Assembly: GCF_006345805.1 (NCBI RefSeq)
Contig: NC_043007.1
Location: 46,066,001 to 46,130,000 of the forward strand
Reading direction: 5' to 3'
Origin: Octopus sinensis
Lineage: Eukaryota
Length of the DNA stretch: 64,000 nucleotides
Positions 1-12,060 of the stretch are shown here, in pieces. Each line of letters begins with the position of its first letter. Positions within the stretch are counted from its first letter, which is position 1. Under the pieces are notes generated by a model that was given only the letters and a program-made list of their open reading frames with translations, made no database searches and had not been told where the DNA came from. The translations under genes were made by a program, and so were the position numbers.

Positions 1-298
1 CTGTTCCTGGAGAGAGGACGTGTCATGCTCTCGCTTTCGCTGTGTCGTCGCAGTTGACGGAGTGAAAGGCTCCAAAGATACGCAGTCGACTGGGTGTCTT
101 CGGTCCCTGTTTCAAAATGAATGGGGAAGGTAGATATAAGAAAATCTTTACAATAATGCAACACTATAATTGTGATCGCCAAACTCGGCGAATTTAAATC
201 TCATAGGCAGTTAATTTTGATGCGTTGTTAAAAGAATACTAACCAATATACTCACAATATCTCAGCTCTACTGAAGGCCTACATTGCCCAGGTACTGT
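1..298 (-). other. Possible spliced host-gene exons (298-256 and 106-1), product unknown
   Basis: Minus strand: tttcAG|43-nt exon|GTGAGT donor at 255, then a polypyrimidine tract and aaacAG acceptor at 108-107. Joined frame is open: TVPGQCRPSVELRYWTEDTQSTAYLWSLSLRQLRRHSESESMTRPLSRN. No family recognised. Confidence 0.25.
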
Positions 299-2362
299 CT
301 GAAATTAATAAGGATCATCCAGTTCAGATGTCCAGACATATCAACGGTTTCCGACCGGAATTGAAGGAGAAATTTCAAGTGAAGGTGGATTCATAGAATA
401 ACGTTATAAAAAATTCTTATCGAGATTATGTGCTAACAGTTTTATTAAAATACATTTGATTGTTGCTAAGTTAGATCTGTTCTCAAATACCTTTCGCACC
501 ATGTACATTCACACATTCGTATACACATATGTCTGCAGATATTATACGTTAGTGTATCTGCGCATGTGTTGTAAGTGTCTGTTTATGCCTTGCCGTAAGT
601 GAAAGGTAAAATATGGTAAGATATAATGAATGTGAAAAATATATTTTCTAAAATATCGTTATAAACTGTAAAATAATTGTAAAACGTGTTTTTATGTTTG
701 TATTATTCTACTTCACGTATTTTTCTCTTTATTGTAAAAATATTTCGGAGCTGTGACAAAAGATAGAAATTATTTAAAAATAACAAATATTGGATTGTAA
801 ACATTTTCCCCATTCCTCATATATTTTCAAATATATTGTAATCCAGAACCCTCTCGCTAAACATATATTTCAGTAAGTATTTAGCGTATTGTATACATTA
901 GTTACTATTTATTTACTTGTTAAAATACAAGAAGTGGAAATTAATAACACAGAAATTAATTTTTCTATTTTGTTTTTGAATTCCATTACACTCTTAACTG
1001 TTGTGGGTATTCTCATGTCTATTGAATCACATGAACGTTCCTAAAATTAGAATGTAATTATTCTAGCTATAAACATTTACTTCAATTTCAATTCGTATAC
1101 AAATCTCGATTATTTCGATAGCAGCAGAAAATACTTCATATTAGTTTTCGAGGACTAGCGATGGGATTATCAATATATTTAGAAAGTGGCCACATTTTGA
1201 AACGTAAGTGAATGATCTATTAATGTAACAGCGATATTTGGGAAAAAGTGTTGATCGTTACAAAAGTAAATATTTAATCGTATATAAGGAAGTGGACGTC
1301 TTGTAAATGATATCTAAGTTATATATTAACAAATTTATATGTGCTAACAATAAACGCTTGCTTCGTGATTGAAAAATAACAATTACAGTGTCTACGCGAG
1401 GATGAATAAAAAATTATCCATCAGGTTTTGCTGTACGTTTCAAATGCGAAATTACTAAACATATTCAGTTAATGATGTGTCTTCGGAGGTGATCGAGGTA
1501 GTTGGCAAAGAAGCTTTAAAAAAAAAAAAAAACACGAAACAAAAACGTAATGTACCATAATTTTCTTCAAACTGTTATTTTATTATTTTAATTTGCCTTA
1601 ATTTTCTTCAAGCAATCCCCCCCCCCTGCAAAAAAAAAAAAATTTCATATTTAGGGAGGTTGTAACTGTAACTGGAAGTAGCGCAATGCTGTCAGTGCAA
1701 GTCCAAGCTTTGTAAACTTTAGCAGACGAAACGTGCCACCAATGTGCTCTTCTGCAAGTCCGTGAAGTTATATGAGTTAATTTATAAATATGGATTATTT
1801 GAAATGTTACTCAGTTTTCAAAAAAAAAAAAAAGAGACAGGTATGTTTTCGAACAGATGACAATTATAAATGTACAATTGATTGAATAACTTAATGGCAT
1901 TTTAAAATATAATCAGTAAAATATATACAATGCTAATTAACTTTCTATTCAGTCTCTATGTGCATTCTTTTCTGATTCCTGTAAATTAATTACACATAAA
2001 CAAATAGACATCGGAGAGGATTTACGGAAAGAACAGAAAACTGACATGATGAATAAAGTTATATTTCTCTACACTATGAATTCATATCATGTCAGGATAT
2101 AATTAACGATCCATTTTTCAGCACATTTTTCATCGGAGGCTAGCAATGATTATACCCAAGCATTTTGGCGATCAAATATATGCATATATAAATACATACA
2201 CACCCACACAGGCAGACAGAGAAACACATACTCCCCTTATATATGTAAATACTAAGTCCCTGATAATTCATGGCAATATATTTACAATTTATCGATATTC
2301 ATAATTTTAGGAAAAGTAAAAGTTTTGTTTATATTTTCCTGCCTTAAACTGATAAGACATTG

Positions 2363-2704
2363 TTTTCTACTCTAGGCATAAGACCCAAAAGTTTGGGGGA
2401 GGGGGTCCAATCGACCCCAGTACGTAAATGATACTTAATTTATCGAATTCGAAAGGATGAAGGGCAAAGTCGAACTCGGCGGAATTCGAACTCAGAAAGT
2501 AAAGAGAGACGAAATACTGCTAAGCATTTCGCCCGTCATGCTAACGTTTCTGCCACCTCGTCCCTTTAAATATCATTTTCTATTCTAGGCACAAGGACCG
2601 AAATTTTTAGGCAAGGGCCAGTCGATTAGATCGACCGCAGTACACAACTGGTACTTAATTTATCGACCCCGAAAGATGAAAGACAAAGTCGACCTCGGCG
2701 GAAT
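2363..2704 (-). mobile_element. Two tandem copies of a tRNA-derived SINE (one full, one 5'-truncated) within one target-site duplication
   Basis: Reverse complement of the GAGTTCAAATTCCGCCGAGGTCGACTTTGCCTTTCATCCTTTCG..GATAAATTAAGTACCAG body occurs twice. Flanks TTAAACTGATAAGA(C/T)ATTG at 2344-2362 and 2705-2723. Confidence 0.8.
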
Positions 2705-2957
2705 TTAAACTGATAAGATATTGATTTTGTTTTCAATAAAATAACATATTTTTGAAATTTTATGAATTTCTAGTAAAAATAATAACGCCTATTAGTAAAA
2801 ATAATATCGTCATAAGCAATAACGTCTTGGTGGTAACGGCTACAACCCAAAAATGTTTTAGATGTAGAGATTTTAAGACAATTTTATTGGCAAAAAAGGT
2901 TTTTTTATGTACACCGCTTTATAAAGATTGAGAAGAATGAAAAAGTTATCACCATTA

Positions 2958-3187
2958 AAGGCGGCGAGCTGGCAGAAACGTTAGCACGCCAGGAGAAATG
3001 CTTAGCGACATTTCGTCTGCCGTTACGTTCTGAGTTCAAATTCCGCCGAGGTCGACTTTGCCTTTTTATCCTTTCGAGGTCGATAAGTAAGGTACCTGTT
3101 ACGCACTGGGTTGGATGTAATCGACTTCATCTCTTTGTTTGTCCTTGTTTATACTCTCTACGTTTAGCCCCTAGTGGGCAATAAAAT
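2958..3187 (+). mobile_element. Full-length tRNA-derived SINE with 17-bp TSD
   Basis: Head AAGGCGGCGAGCTGGCAGAAACGTTAG (A-box-like), GAGTTCAAATTCC (B box), A-rich tail; exact duplication AAAAGTTATCACCATTA at 2941-2957 and 3188-3204. Confidence 0.9.
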
Positions 3188-3929
3188 AAAAGTTATCACC
3201 ATTACCATGATCATGCTAATTGACAGAATCTACGAGGTCGTGAGAGTGGATGCTCCACATAATCATTATCTTAATTTATTCATAAATCATTATACTACTG
3301 ACTACGTTTAGGATTTTAGAAGAATAACTTCAGTTGATTCTCCCATGGGGCAGTTTCCCCGTGAACTCACGAGGTTCCAAGAAGTACCTCGGGAGGCTTC
3401 AACTCTCTATTATATATCGGGCTACCTGTCGTTGGCCTATATGGAATTTACATTGGTCATACTCTTCATCCGGCTGAGAATGAGAATTAACAGGAGTATT
3501 CCAATTCAGTAGCCATTTAAGGGCTTCGACATGTGAGGAAAATCAGTAGAATTGTACATATGCTAGAGGGCGACCCCACTTAGTCAAACATTCCTGTATC
3601 ATTGGAACATATAATTCACATAATGATACAGGTCAAAAGTCGCACGCACAAGACATTACGCATATACTCATGGGAATAATGAAATGGAGAGGTGAAGAGT
3701 GTTAGTGTTTGCTATAGACAGTTATTAGAGGAGATAATTTGGGAGCAGTCGTTGTAATAAACTCTAATTGAAAGAATTCTTTGAGCAATTTCTGTCTAAT
3801 TACGCGTGAGCGCCGAAATTAGATGTATCGCAAAATTTCACAGATGACTGTAAGTGATATTACACGTTGAAATATTTAATTATGAGTTTGTTGTGATAAA
3901 AAGTTTTAGTTTTTTTCTGTATGTATTTG

Positions 3930-4610
3930 CTCACAGGAGTCTTCAGCCCGACGATGTCTGGATCACACCATTTAGGGTTTACCAGAATATATAAATAATA
4001 CAAGTGATCAAGTTGAACCAGGAACAATCAGACTGATTGGTGATATGGAATTGAGTTTGAACGTAGTTATATATATATTAAAGATTAGAGGGGAAATGTC
4101 AGGTGTATGATAGAGAGCTGTGCCATCTAATTTTATCAGAATGGACGTTTGCGAGGACAGAAAGCAAGTACATGATAGATTTGAAAGAATCGATGAGATG
4201 TGCACTTAATGGATTAGAAGAATGGAAGTGAATGTTGCGTAGGATAATCCCTTAAATAATTATGACGGCCAGAGGTAAAAGAGTGCAAGGGAAGGAAGTG
4301 AAAAGATACTTTGCCAACGGCATTTGTAGTGGATTATATGGCTAAATAGTGAGATAAAATATTTGTATTTCATGAGATTTAGATAAGAAATGCTTTAGTG
4401 AATGAAGTTTGAGAATATGCAAGAATGGGCTGGTAGTTCTCGTGTGAGTAGAGTAAGAATGAGAATATTGATATACAAGTGTGACTCACCGAGTTTCTAA
4501 TGGGTAGGAAATGGGTCAAACTTTGAGGTCTAACGATATTGACTGAAATGTTGACCAGGCTAAGAGAAGGGTTGGAGATTGACGTGTAAATCCCACACAT
4601 GCGGGGAATG
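3930..4610 (-). pseudogene. Highly degenerate Penelope-like RT C-terminal relic
   Basis: Broken minus-strand frames give SHLYI..SYSTH and AYSQ pieces resembling the Penelope RT thumb motif (TD.H.YL...S.HP...SIPYSQ); many stops and frameshifts. Confidence 0.3.
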
Positions 4611-4699
4611 AATAAGGACATAGAAAATTTTAGTGTTTTCCATACACGTTTATTCCATTATGCGTATTTCTTATTGCTCAGTTTAGCGATTTTATGTGG

Positions 4700-4906
4700 T
4701 TTCTTCTTCTTCTTCTTCTTCTTCTTCTTCTTCTTTTCTTCTTCTTCTTCTTCTTCTTCTTCTTCTTCTTCTTCTTCTTCTTTCTTCTTCTTCTTCTTCT
4801 TCTTCTTCTTCTTCTTCTTCTTCTTCTTCTTCTTCTTCTTCTTCTTCTTCTTCTCTTCTTCTTCTTCTTCTTCTTCTTCTTCTTCTTCTTTCTTCTTCTT
4901 CTTCTT

Positions 4907-4973
<67 letters not shown>
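4700..4973. repeat. Compound microsatellite (TTC)n followed by (TTA)n
   Basis: Directly visible; single-base phase slips create the poly-F/S/L/K/E ORFs. Confidence 0.98.
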
Positions 4974-4976
<3 letters not shown>

Positions 4977-5011
4977 TCAGTAGTTTTATTTTTATAGCGT
5001 GCTTTCACTTG

Positions 5012-5070
5012 ACTACCGAGCGCAGCTCTGTGTGCCTTGGGTATGTGCTCACAGAGCTGCGCTCGGTAGT
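5012..5070. repeat. Perfect 21-bp inverted repeat with 17-nt loop between two (TTA)n tracts
   Basis: ACTACCGAGCGCAGCTCTGTG (5012-5032) and CACAGAGCTGCGCTCGGTAGT (5050-5070). Confidence 0.92.
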
Positions 5071-5072
5071 GA

Positions 5073-5122
<50 letters not shown>

Positions 5123-5124
<2 letters not shown>

Positions 5125-8100
5125 TATGTTTGACTTTTGCTTTATATTTGTACAAGTTGGCTCCAAGTCTCACCCAGAGACCTCAAGAGACAACAGGGTT
5201 GGAAGTTCATGTTGTTGTTATGCCTAGTGTGCCATATATTTGGGGGTGGGGATGTTGTACTAATGAATGTCTAAAAAAAAAGTTTTTTTTTTTTTTTTTT
5301 TTTAAACCGAAAATTATGTTTGTTTTAAACCTTGAGATTACATAGAGAGTATTTTGCGTAGGATATGAGCAGTTCCCATGAGCACTATCTTTTGAACTTC
5401 TGCCTATTTTGGGTTTCCTGGTATCTGAGTTAGGTAGCTATCAGCCCCTTTTGCTATCATTCCCAGGGCACCTATGACAACAGGTATTGTTTTAGTCTTC
5501 AGCTTCCACATTTTGCTGATTTCTATTTCAAGATCTTTATATTTGCTCAGTTTTTGGTAGGTCTTGACAGATACGTTTATATCGATTGGGACAGTCATAT
5601 CAATGAGGAGGCATGTTCTTTGTTTGAAGTTTTTCAATATGATGTCTGGCCTATTTGCATCTATCTTCCTGTCAGTTTGAATGGTGAAGTTCCAGAGGAG
5701 TGAGATGTGGTCATTTTCAAGCACTGGGGGTGGTTTGTGTTCCCACCAGTTTTTTTCATGGGGCAAATCCAGGTTTTTACAGATTACCCAGTGAATATAT
5801 TGTGCAGCTCTATCGTGCCTGTTGAGATACTCTGTAGGCGCTAGAAGACTGCACTTGGAGACCACATGGTCAATGGTTTCATTTTGTTGCTTGCATACAC
5901 GACACGTTGGACTGCTTCTGATCTTTAATATGTTGGCCTGGTAGTTTCTTGTTGGTAGGCATTGATCTTGAGCTGCTATGATAAACCCCTCTGTTTCAGA
6001 TTTTAAGCCAGAGGCCATTAGCCATTGATGGGTCAGGGCTTTGTCGATATCTGCATTATTCGCTCTCTTTGGGTATTTGCCATAGAGAGGTTTTTCTTGC
6101 CATTTATTATTCAGAATATCTAAGGCCGCAGTTTTGGCACGGGTTTTCATGCGCCTAGCTTTTTCTGTGCTTGTTTCTTGTATATCTATCTCTAATTCCG
6201 AAATTGGTTGTATTCGGAATTCACTTAGATATTCCTTTGCCTGTTTTGTGACTGAGTATGATGCTTTCTTGTTTTCATGTTTTGAGACAAGTTTTAACAT
6301 CCAGTCCTCAGAGTTTTTCAGGTAGGTGTCTAGGCCAATTGTAGCAATCTTCATTGTTATTGCCAGTTGCAAAAGACCACGGCCTCCCTCTTTTCTTGGC
6401 AGATAGAGTCGTTCTGTATCTGCCTTAGGGTGGTGCATTCTATGCATTGTCAACAGTTTCCTTATTTTTCTGTCGAGCTGACATATTTCAGTAATTGACC
6501 AGTTAACAATATTGAAACTGTAAGTCACGACTGGTATAGCTAATGCATTGATTGCTTCGATCCTGTTTCTTGCATTCAGCTCTGTCTTGAGTATTGCTCT
6601 CACTCTTCGATAGCATTCTCTCCTGATCCTTTCCTTCATCTCTGAATGCCTTATTCCGTTCCCTTCAATTACCCTAGGTACTTGTAGCTCTCCGCTGGGT
6701 CTAGTTCTTTTATGACATTCTGTTGGTCAAGGTTAACGTTAGATGTTTCTGTCATTTTCCTTTGATAAAGGTAGCCTTTGCACATTTATCGAGGCCGAAT
6801 TGCATTCTGATGTCGTCACTGAATTGTTTGACTATCGCTAGTAAGCCCTTGAGTTGTTGATCATTTTTTGCAAAAAGCTTTAAATCATCCATGTAAACGA
6901 GATGATTTATATTTTTATCAAACATTTTATACCCGTACTGCGCGTCATTGAGCAGCTTTGAGAGAGGTATTAAGGATAAACAAAAGAGGAGTGGTGACAG
7001 TGAGTCACCCTGGAAAATGCCACACGAAATTTTTACATCACCAGCATTTAGGGATTCACTGTCACTGTTCAGAGTTAGTGTGGTTCTCCATGATCTCATA
7101 CTTACAGTCAAGAAGTTTCGCAGAGTTGGTGCTATCTTATACATTTCAAGGCATTTCCTAATCCAGCTATGTGGTAGGCTATCAAAAGCCTTTTTATAGT
7201 CTATCCAGGCTATTGATAAGTTTTTGTGTCGTTTGTGACAATCTTCTAAGATCATCTTATTGATGAGTAGTTGGTCTTTACAGCCGTAGGATCCACGTTT
7301 ACATCCTTTCTGTTCATTAGGGAATATGCTGCTGTCTGTTAAAAAACTATAGGTATATTCCGTCAGGACAGATGTTAGTGTTTTGTACATAGTTGTTAAG
7401 CAGGTTATGGGTCTATAGTTTTTTGGTTCATTTGTTTCTTCACTTTTTGGAAGCAGGAATGTTAACCCATTAACTAGCCAAGGAGGCATCCTACTAGGGT
7501 GTTGCAAAACATCATTGTACAGTTCTGTTAGCAGTTCATGGCTCTCTGGGAAGGCATTCAGCCAGAAGTTAGGAATTTTATCCTTTCCTGGAGACTTCCA
7601 TTTGCTTGACCTCCTGAGAGCAGATCTTATATCTTCTACCTTGACACCCTCCCACTTTTGCTCTTCTAAGGGGTCCAGTTCTGTAGATATTCTGTCAATC
7701 CAGGGGGCCTTTTCGTTGTGTGTTTTTTCTTCTGCCCAGATTTTATTCCAAAATCTCTGCACTTCTTCTTTTGATGGTACAGACCCTGCAGTAAACGCTG
7801 TTTTTCCTATCTTCCTGTAAAAATTCTTGGTGTTATTTTTGAACATGTTGTTGTCCTTGAAAAATCTAACACGCTTTTCATACCTCGCTATGCGGGCAGC
7901 TTTGGCAGATACCTTTTGTTTGATGGTTTCTATGGTGGCATCAATATCAAGTATAGTTTTCATATTGTATTTTTTCAGTAATTTTTGGGTTTTTGTAGGT
8001 TTGGTAGTCTTGTGAGCCTTAAGGTTTTTCAAATATTCAATGTCAGATCTAAATATTTTAATTTGTTGTTGCAGACGCTCTTGCCAAGAAGGCTTTTTGT

Positions 8101-9154
8101 GGGACTGTTGCCGTTTTCTAATCTTTACACCACATAGGATCGTTGAGATTTTCGCGGATGCATAGTATAGGTGGTTGAGGTTTGTGATATCAACATCATT
8201 AACTGAAATTATATCCTTAAGTGCAAGCCGGATTTTACCAATTATTTTCATGTTTTGGTTAGAGTTGCGGATTTTAGGAAGTGTATCACGCTCATCCATG
8301 CTGGTTTCTTTAATTTTCAGCCATTCAATCATGATTTGATTTTTTAGCTCATGTAGTTCTGTTGGGTCAATATTTGTGTGACTTTCTTTATCTATTTGAT
8401 GCTCATCTGTCTTAGTGTTTATGATTGGTTCAGGGCGTATTTCACTTTGCCTATCACTTATACTAACTCTTTCAATCCTCTCTTCGTTTTTATCCGCCCT
8501 GGGCTGGTCTATAATCATTTCCTCTGTATTATCTTCTCTAGCTGCAGCTTCGTTCATTTTATCCGATATTGCTTGTCTAACCTGATCAATCTCTACTTCA
8601 GTCAGTAATTTCTTTTTTATAATGTTTCTTCTAACATTGGCAAGCTTGTTACTGTCTATGTAGGGTCTTACTTCAGGGTGTTTCTGTCTCCAGTTTAAGT
8701 ATGCTTGTACAGTGCTAGACTTATCTGTGGGGAAATATATGGCATGGTAGAAGGCCTCAAGAACTTCTTTATTATCTTCCCTAGACCATTTTTCCTTCTT
8801 TTTCTTTTGATTATTTGGTGATGAGCATGGATGGCCATCTGTTGGAATATTCCGGTTGTGGGGTTCGTCCAGCTCCTGTGTGTTGGGAAGATTTGATCCA
8901 GTAACTGATTTTTCAATCAGGATTTGGTTCAATTTTCGGGTACGTGGTCTTTTGTAATCCGCGCAATGACCAATGCGGTTTATTGTTTGATTTGTTGACC
9001 TTGAAGCATGACGAGCATCCATTCTTATATTAGGAGATGGATCTGTCAGTTTAGGGTTCACTACATGTAAGCATTGCTCATAGCGCCGCTTCTTAAGACT
9101 AGCAGATCTATATTCGTCTGTATTTTTTTTGTTGATAGTTTTATCTCCGGACAT
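5123..9154 (-). mobile_element. Near full-length R4/Dong-clade non-LTR retrotransposon (single ORF, RT plus restriction-like endonuclease) whose 3' end abuts (TAA)n
   Basis: RT motifs NYRPITCL, WIDYKKAFDS, GIFQGDSLSPLLF, YMDDLKLF; CCHC knuckle CRVC..ETIDHVVSKC; RHD; RPDII..LIDMTVP..KLSKY (PD-D/ExK RLE); ~215-nt 3' UTR then (TAA)n at 5073-5122. Confidence 0.93.
5338..9154 (-). pseudogene. R4/Dong polyprotein (N-terminal Myb-like region, RT, CCHC, RLE) interrupted by two 1-bp deletions and one late stop
   Basis: ORFs 6752-9199 and 5404-6639 join via KGK-MTETSNVNLDQQNVIKELDPAESYKYLG-VIEGNGIRHSEMKER if one A (~6755) and one G (~6673) are restored. After TAG at 5404-5406 the frame continues AEVQKIVLMGTAHILRKILSM to TAA at 5338. 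Confidence 0.88.
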
Positions 9155-10068
9155 TTTTTTTTTTTTTTTTTTTTCCTTTCCTCCTCTTCCTTTCTTCAAG
9201 GCTTACTGTGTCTGTATTAGTTCGAAATAATGAGAATAAAATACGGAGAAGGAAACGAAAAGAAAGGGAAAAAGACGGGATCTGTCAGTTATTATTGTTA
9301 TTACTATCATCTTCACCACCATCACCATCATCAGCAACATCACCATCACCATCATCATCTTCAATGACATTGTTTTATGTGTAGCCACAGCCACCATCAA
9401 CACTCCATTGTGTTGGAGAATGGGTGGTTAAAGAATTCATGTTCTTTGGGTCTATAAATAGCTACGGTAGATGGTGGAGACAAAGGACGTTAATGGTCAG
9501 TAAAAGGTCAAACCTGTTTACGTTTATTTATTTATTTATTTTTTTTTCCTTTCTCTTTTCTTCTTCACCACATGCATATGTATATGTATATATATGTATA
9601 TTCACTCACACATATTATCTGATGTTTTCGTCGAAGATTTTTTTTTCTTTTTTTAAATAACTTTCTGAGTTCAATGTTATGTATATATTTTTAAATTTCT
9701 GAATTCAGTTGTATGTATATAGTAGTAGGTGCTTAATTCCATAACTTTTTATCGTGCATTTAATTGTGTTGTTACAATAAAAGGTAATTTAAAAGGCAAT
9801 TTTACACATTCTTATAGTCATGAGAGACGACTAAATGTAAATGTTCACACAGAATTGGAGATATTTATGTTTCTAATTTTTCTTGTTAGGTGTACGTTTG
9901 TATGAGCTGTAGATATGTAAGTTTTTTTTTTTTTTACTTATTTTGAGGGTAATTCAAATTACTTACAGTAAACAGTAGATCTTCCAGTTTTCTACAGTTG
10001 ACCTGCTGGGTTCGCTGTTGCCAGTTCAGAGCATCGTAAAAATACGTCCATCCTCTGTCACGTCCAGC

Positions 10069-10417
10069 CTTCTTCTTCTTCTTCTTCTTCTTCTTCTCTT
10101 CTCTTCTTCTTCTTCTTCTTCTTCTTCTTTCTTCTTCTTCTTCTTCTTATTATTATTATTATATTATTATTATTATTATTATTATTATATTATCACCATC
10201 ATTATCATTATTATTATTATATTATTATTATTATTATTATTATCACCATCATTATCATCATCATTATTATTATTATTATTATTATTTTATTATATTATTA
10301 TTATATTATTATTATTATTATTATTATTATTATCACCATCATTATTATTATTTTATTATTATTATTATTATCACCATCATTATCATCATTATTATTATTA
10401 TTATTTTATTATTATTA

Positions 10418-10460
<43 letters not shown>
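10069..10460. repeat. Compound (TTC)n / (TTA)n / (TCA)n microsatellite
   Basis: Directly visible. Confidence 0.95.
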
Positions 10461-10714
10461 TATGGTTTCCTTTCATTATAACTTTATTTCAGCTACCTTA
10501 GTTCCGAGCATCATCTGGCAACCAAGAGTACCAAGGGCACTTTTATTTTGTTATGCATGCTAAAATTATCTCTACATTCCATTTCAGATGGAGAGTGCTT
10601 TCCGTAGTATATGGGCTGTACCCATCAAGGTTATCGTTTGTAGTTCACGGAGATTGGAGTTACCAGGTAGTTGTTTAATATACTTCTGAGATCCCTTCTT
10701 TATCATTCCCAACG
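10461..10714 (-). mobile_element. 5'-truncated 3' end of a second R4/Dong-type family, also abutting (TAA)n
   Basis: Minus frame ALGMIKKGSQKYIKQLPGNSNLRELQTITLMGTAHILRKALSI* (stop 10584-10586) aligns with ALGMIAKGADSYLTQIPGNPK*AEVQKIVLMGTAHILRKILSM* of the 5-9 kb element; its 3' UTR differs. Confidence 0.85.
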
Positions 10715-10716
10715 CG

Positions 10717-10920
10717 TAGAGATGCATGGCCTAGTGGTTAGAGCAGCAGATTCGCAGTCGAGGGATCGCGGGATTGAATCTCAGACCTGGTGATGTGTGT
10801 TTATGAGCGAAACGCCTAAGCTCCACGCGGCTCCGGCAGAAAGTAATGGCGAACTTCTGCTGACTCTTTCGCCACAACTTTCTATCACTCTTTCCTCCTG
10901 CAGCTCACCTGCGACGGATC
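10717..10920 (+). mobile_element. tRNA-derived SINE (second family)
   Basis: Head GCATGGCCTAGTGGTTAGAGCAGCAGATTCGCAGTCGAGGGATCGCGGGATTGAATCTC; body CCTAAGCTCCACG..CCGGCAG..CTCTTTCGCCACA shared with the copy at ~37090-37334. Confidence 0.8.
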
Positions 10921-10934
10921 CTCATCATCATCAT

Positions 10935-11120
10935 AGCGAATAGCTGGCAGGATCATTAGCAAGCTAGGCAAAATGCTTTGCGATATTACGTCTATCTTTA
11001 TGTTCTGAGTTCAAATTCCACCAACATCGATACAAAATGAGTACCAACTGAGTACTGGGATCAACGCAATTGGTTTAGCTTCTCCAGCGAAATTGCTAGT
11101 CATGTGCCAAAATTTGAAAC
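10935..11120 (+). mobile_element. Diverged copy of the first SINE family
   Basis: AGCTGGCAG..TTAGCA..GTTCTGAGTTCAAATTCC..GAGTACCA motifs. Confidence 0.7.
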
Positions 11121-12018
11121 CATTATTATTAATTGTTAGTGTACATGCTGCGTGATAGTGATATGTAGACTGTGGATGGGCAATTGTAACGAGCAAATTG
11201 TGACCACACCATGAAATGTTTTAATTTTTGTTTAATGAAAATTGGTAAATGCTGCATCCAGAATGGTTCAGAAATGTTACGCAACCAAAATATTGTGATA
11301 GCAGCTATGAAAAATATAATACTATAAACTCATCTTGTTAACGGATCTCAGAACATGGCCTAGTTGATAACAATGAACTTAGTGATTTTACCCACAGATA
11401 TATATTCATAAATGTTTTAAAAGACGGAGGCTATGGCATTGTTGATTCTGTTAAAATTTGAACAATGAATGAAGAACAGCACATCATCCATATAGTGTAG
11501 ATCAATGCTATGTTTACTAATTAATTAAGCCTTAACATATTCAACTGTAGTAAACATTTTTTGGAGTTTAAAGGGAACATTATATATTTTTTTATAATAT
11601 TGATGCTAATTAATTCATAGGAGTAAAAATATCTGAAAGTCATGAAACCAGTTTTAAATCAAATCCAAAAGAAATCTAGGTTTCTAACAATCCTTAAATA
11701 TACTCCCCAATTAACAAACATTGGCTTCAAAGTTTGGCACAGGGCCGCTAATTTTGGGATAAGTGGCGTCCGTTGACTACATACACCCAGTGATCAATCG
11801 GTGCGTATTCTATCATCTCCGAAAGGATCAAAAGTAACGTGAGCTCACAATGCTTTGCTCGACTCTTGTGCAAGGCGTCGTGCAGTAGTAGTGAATAAGG
11901 AACATTGTGGCTGAGATGCAGATTTCTTACCACGCAGGCACCTATATTGTACATTGTTTGTACAATGGCACAGATTATAAAAAAGAGGTACCAATGTGTT
12001 TATGACTGTATATATATA

Positions 12019-12060
<42 letters not shown>

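Noticed and set aside
4599-5227. Poly-F/S/L/K/E ORFs
   Set aside because: Translations of (TTC)n/(TTA)n microsatellites.
6134-8916. Short antisense and alternative-frame ORFs within the R4/Dong element
   Set aside because: Shadow ORFs of the long RT reading frame.
10717-10790. tRNA gene (also at 2958, 22288, 37260, 39290, 39495)
   Set aside because: No complete cloverleaf; each continues into a SINE body.
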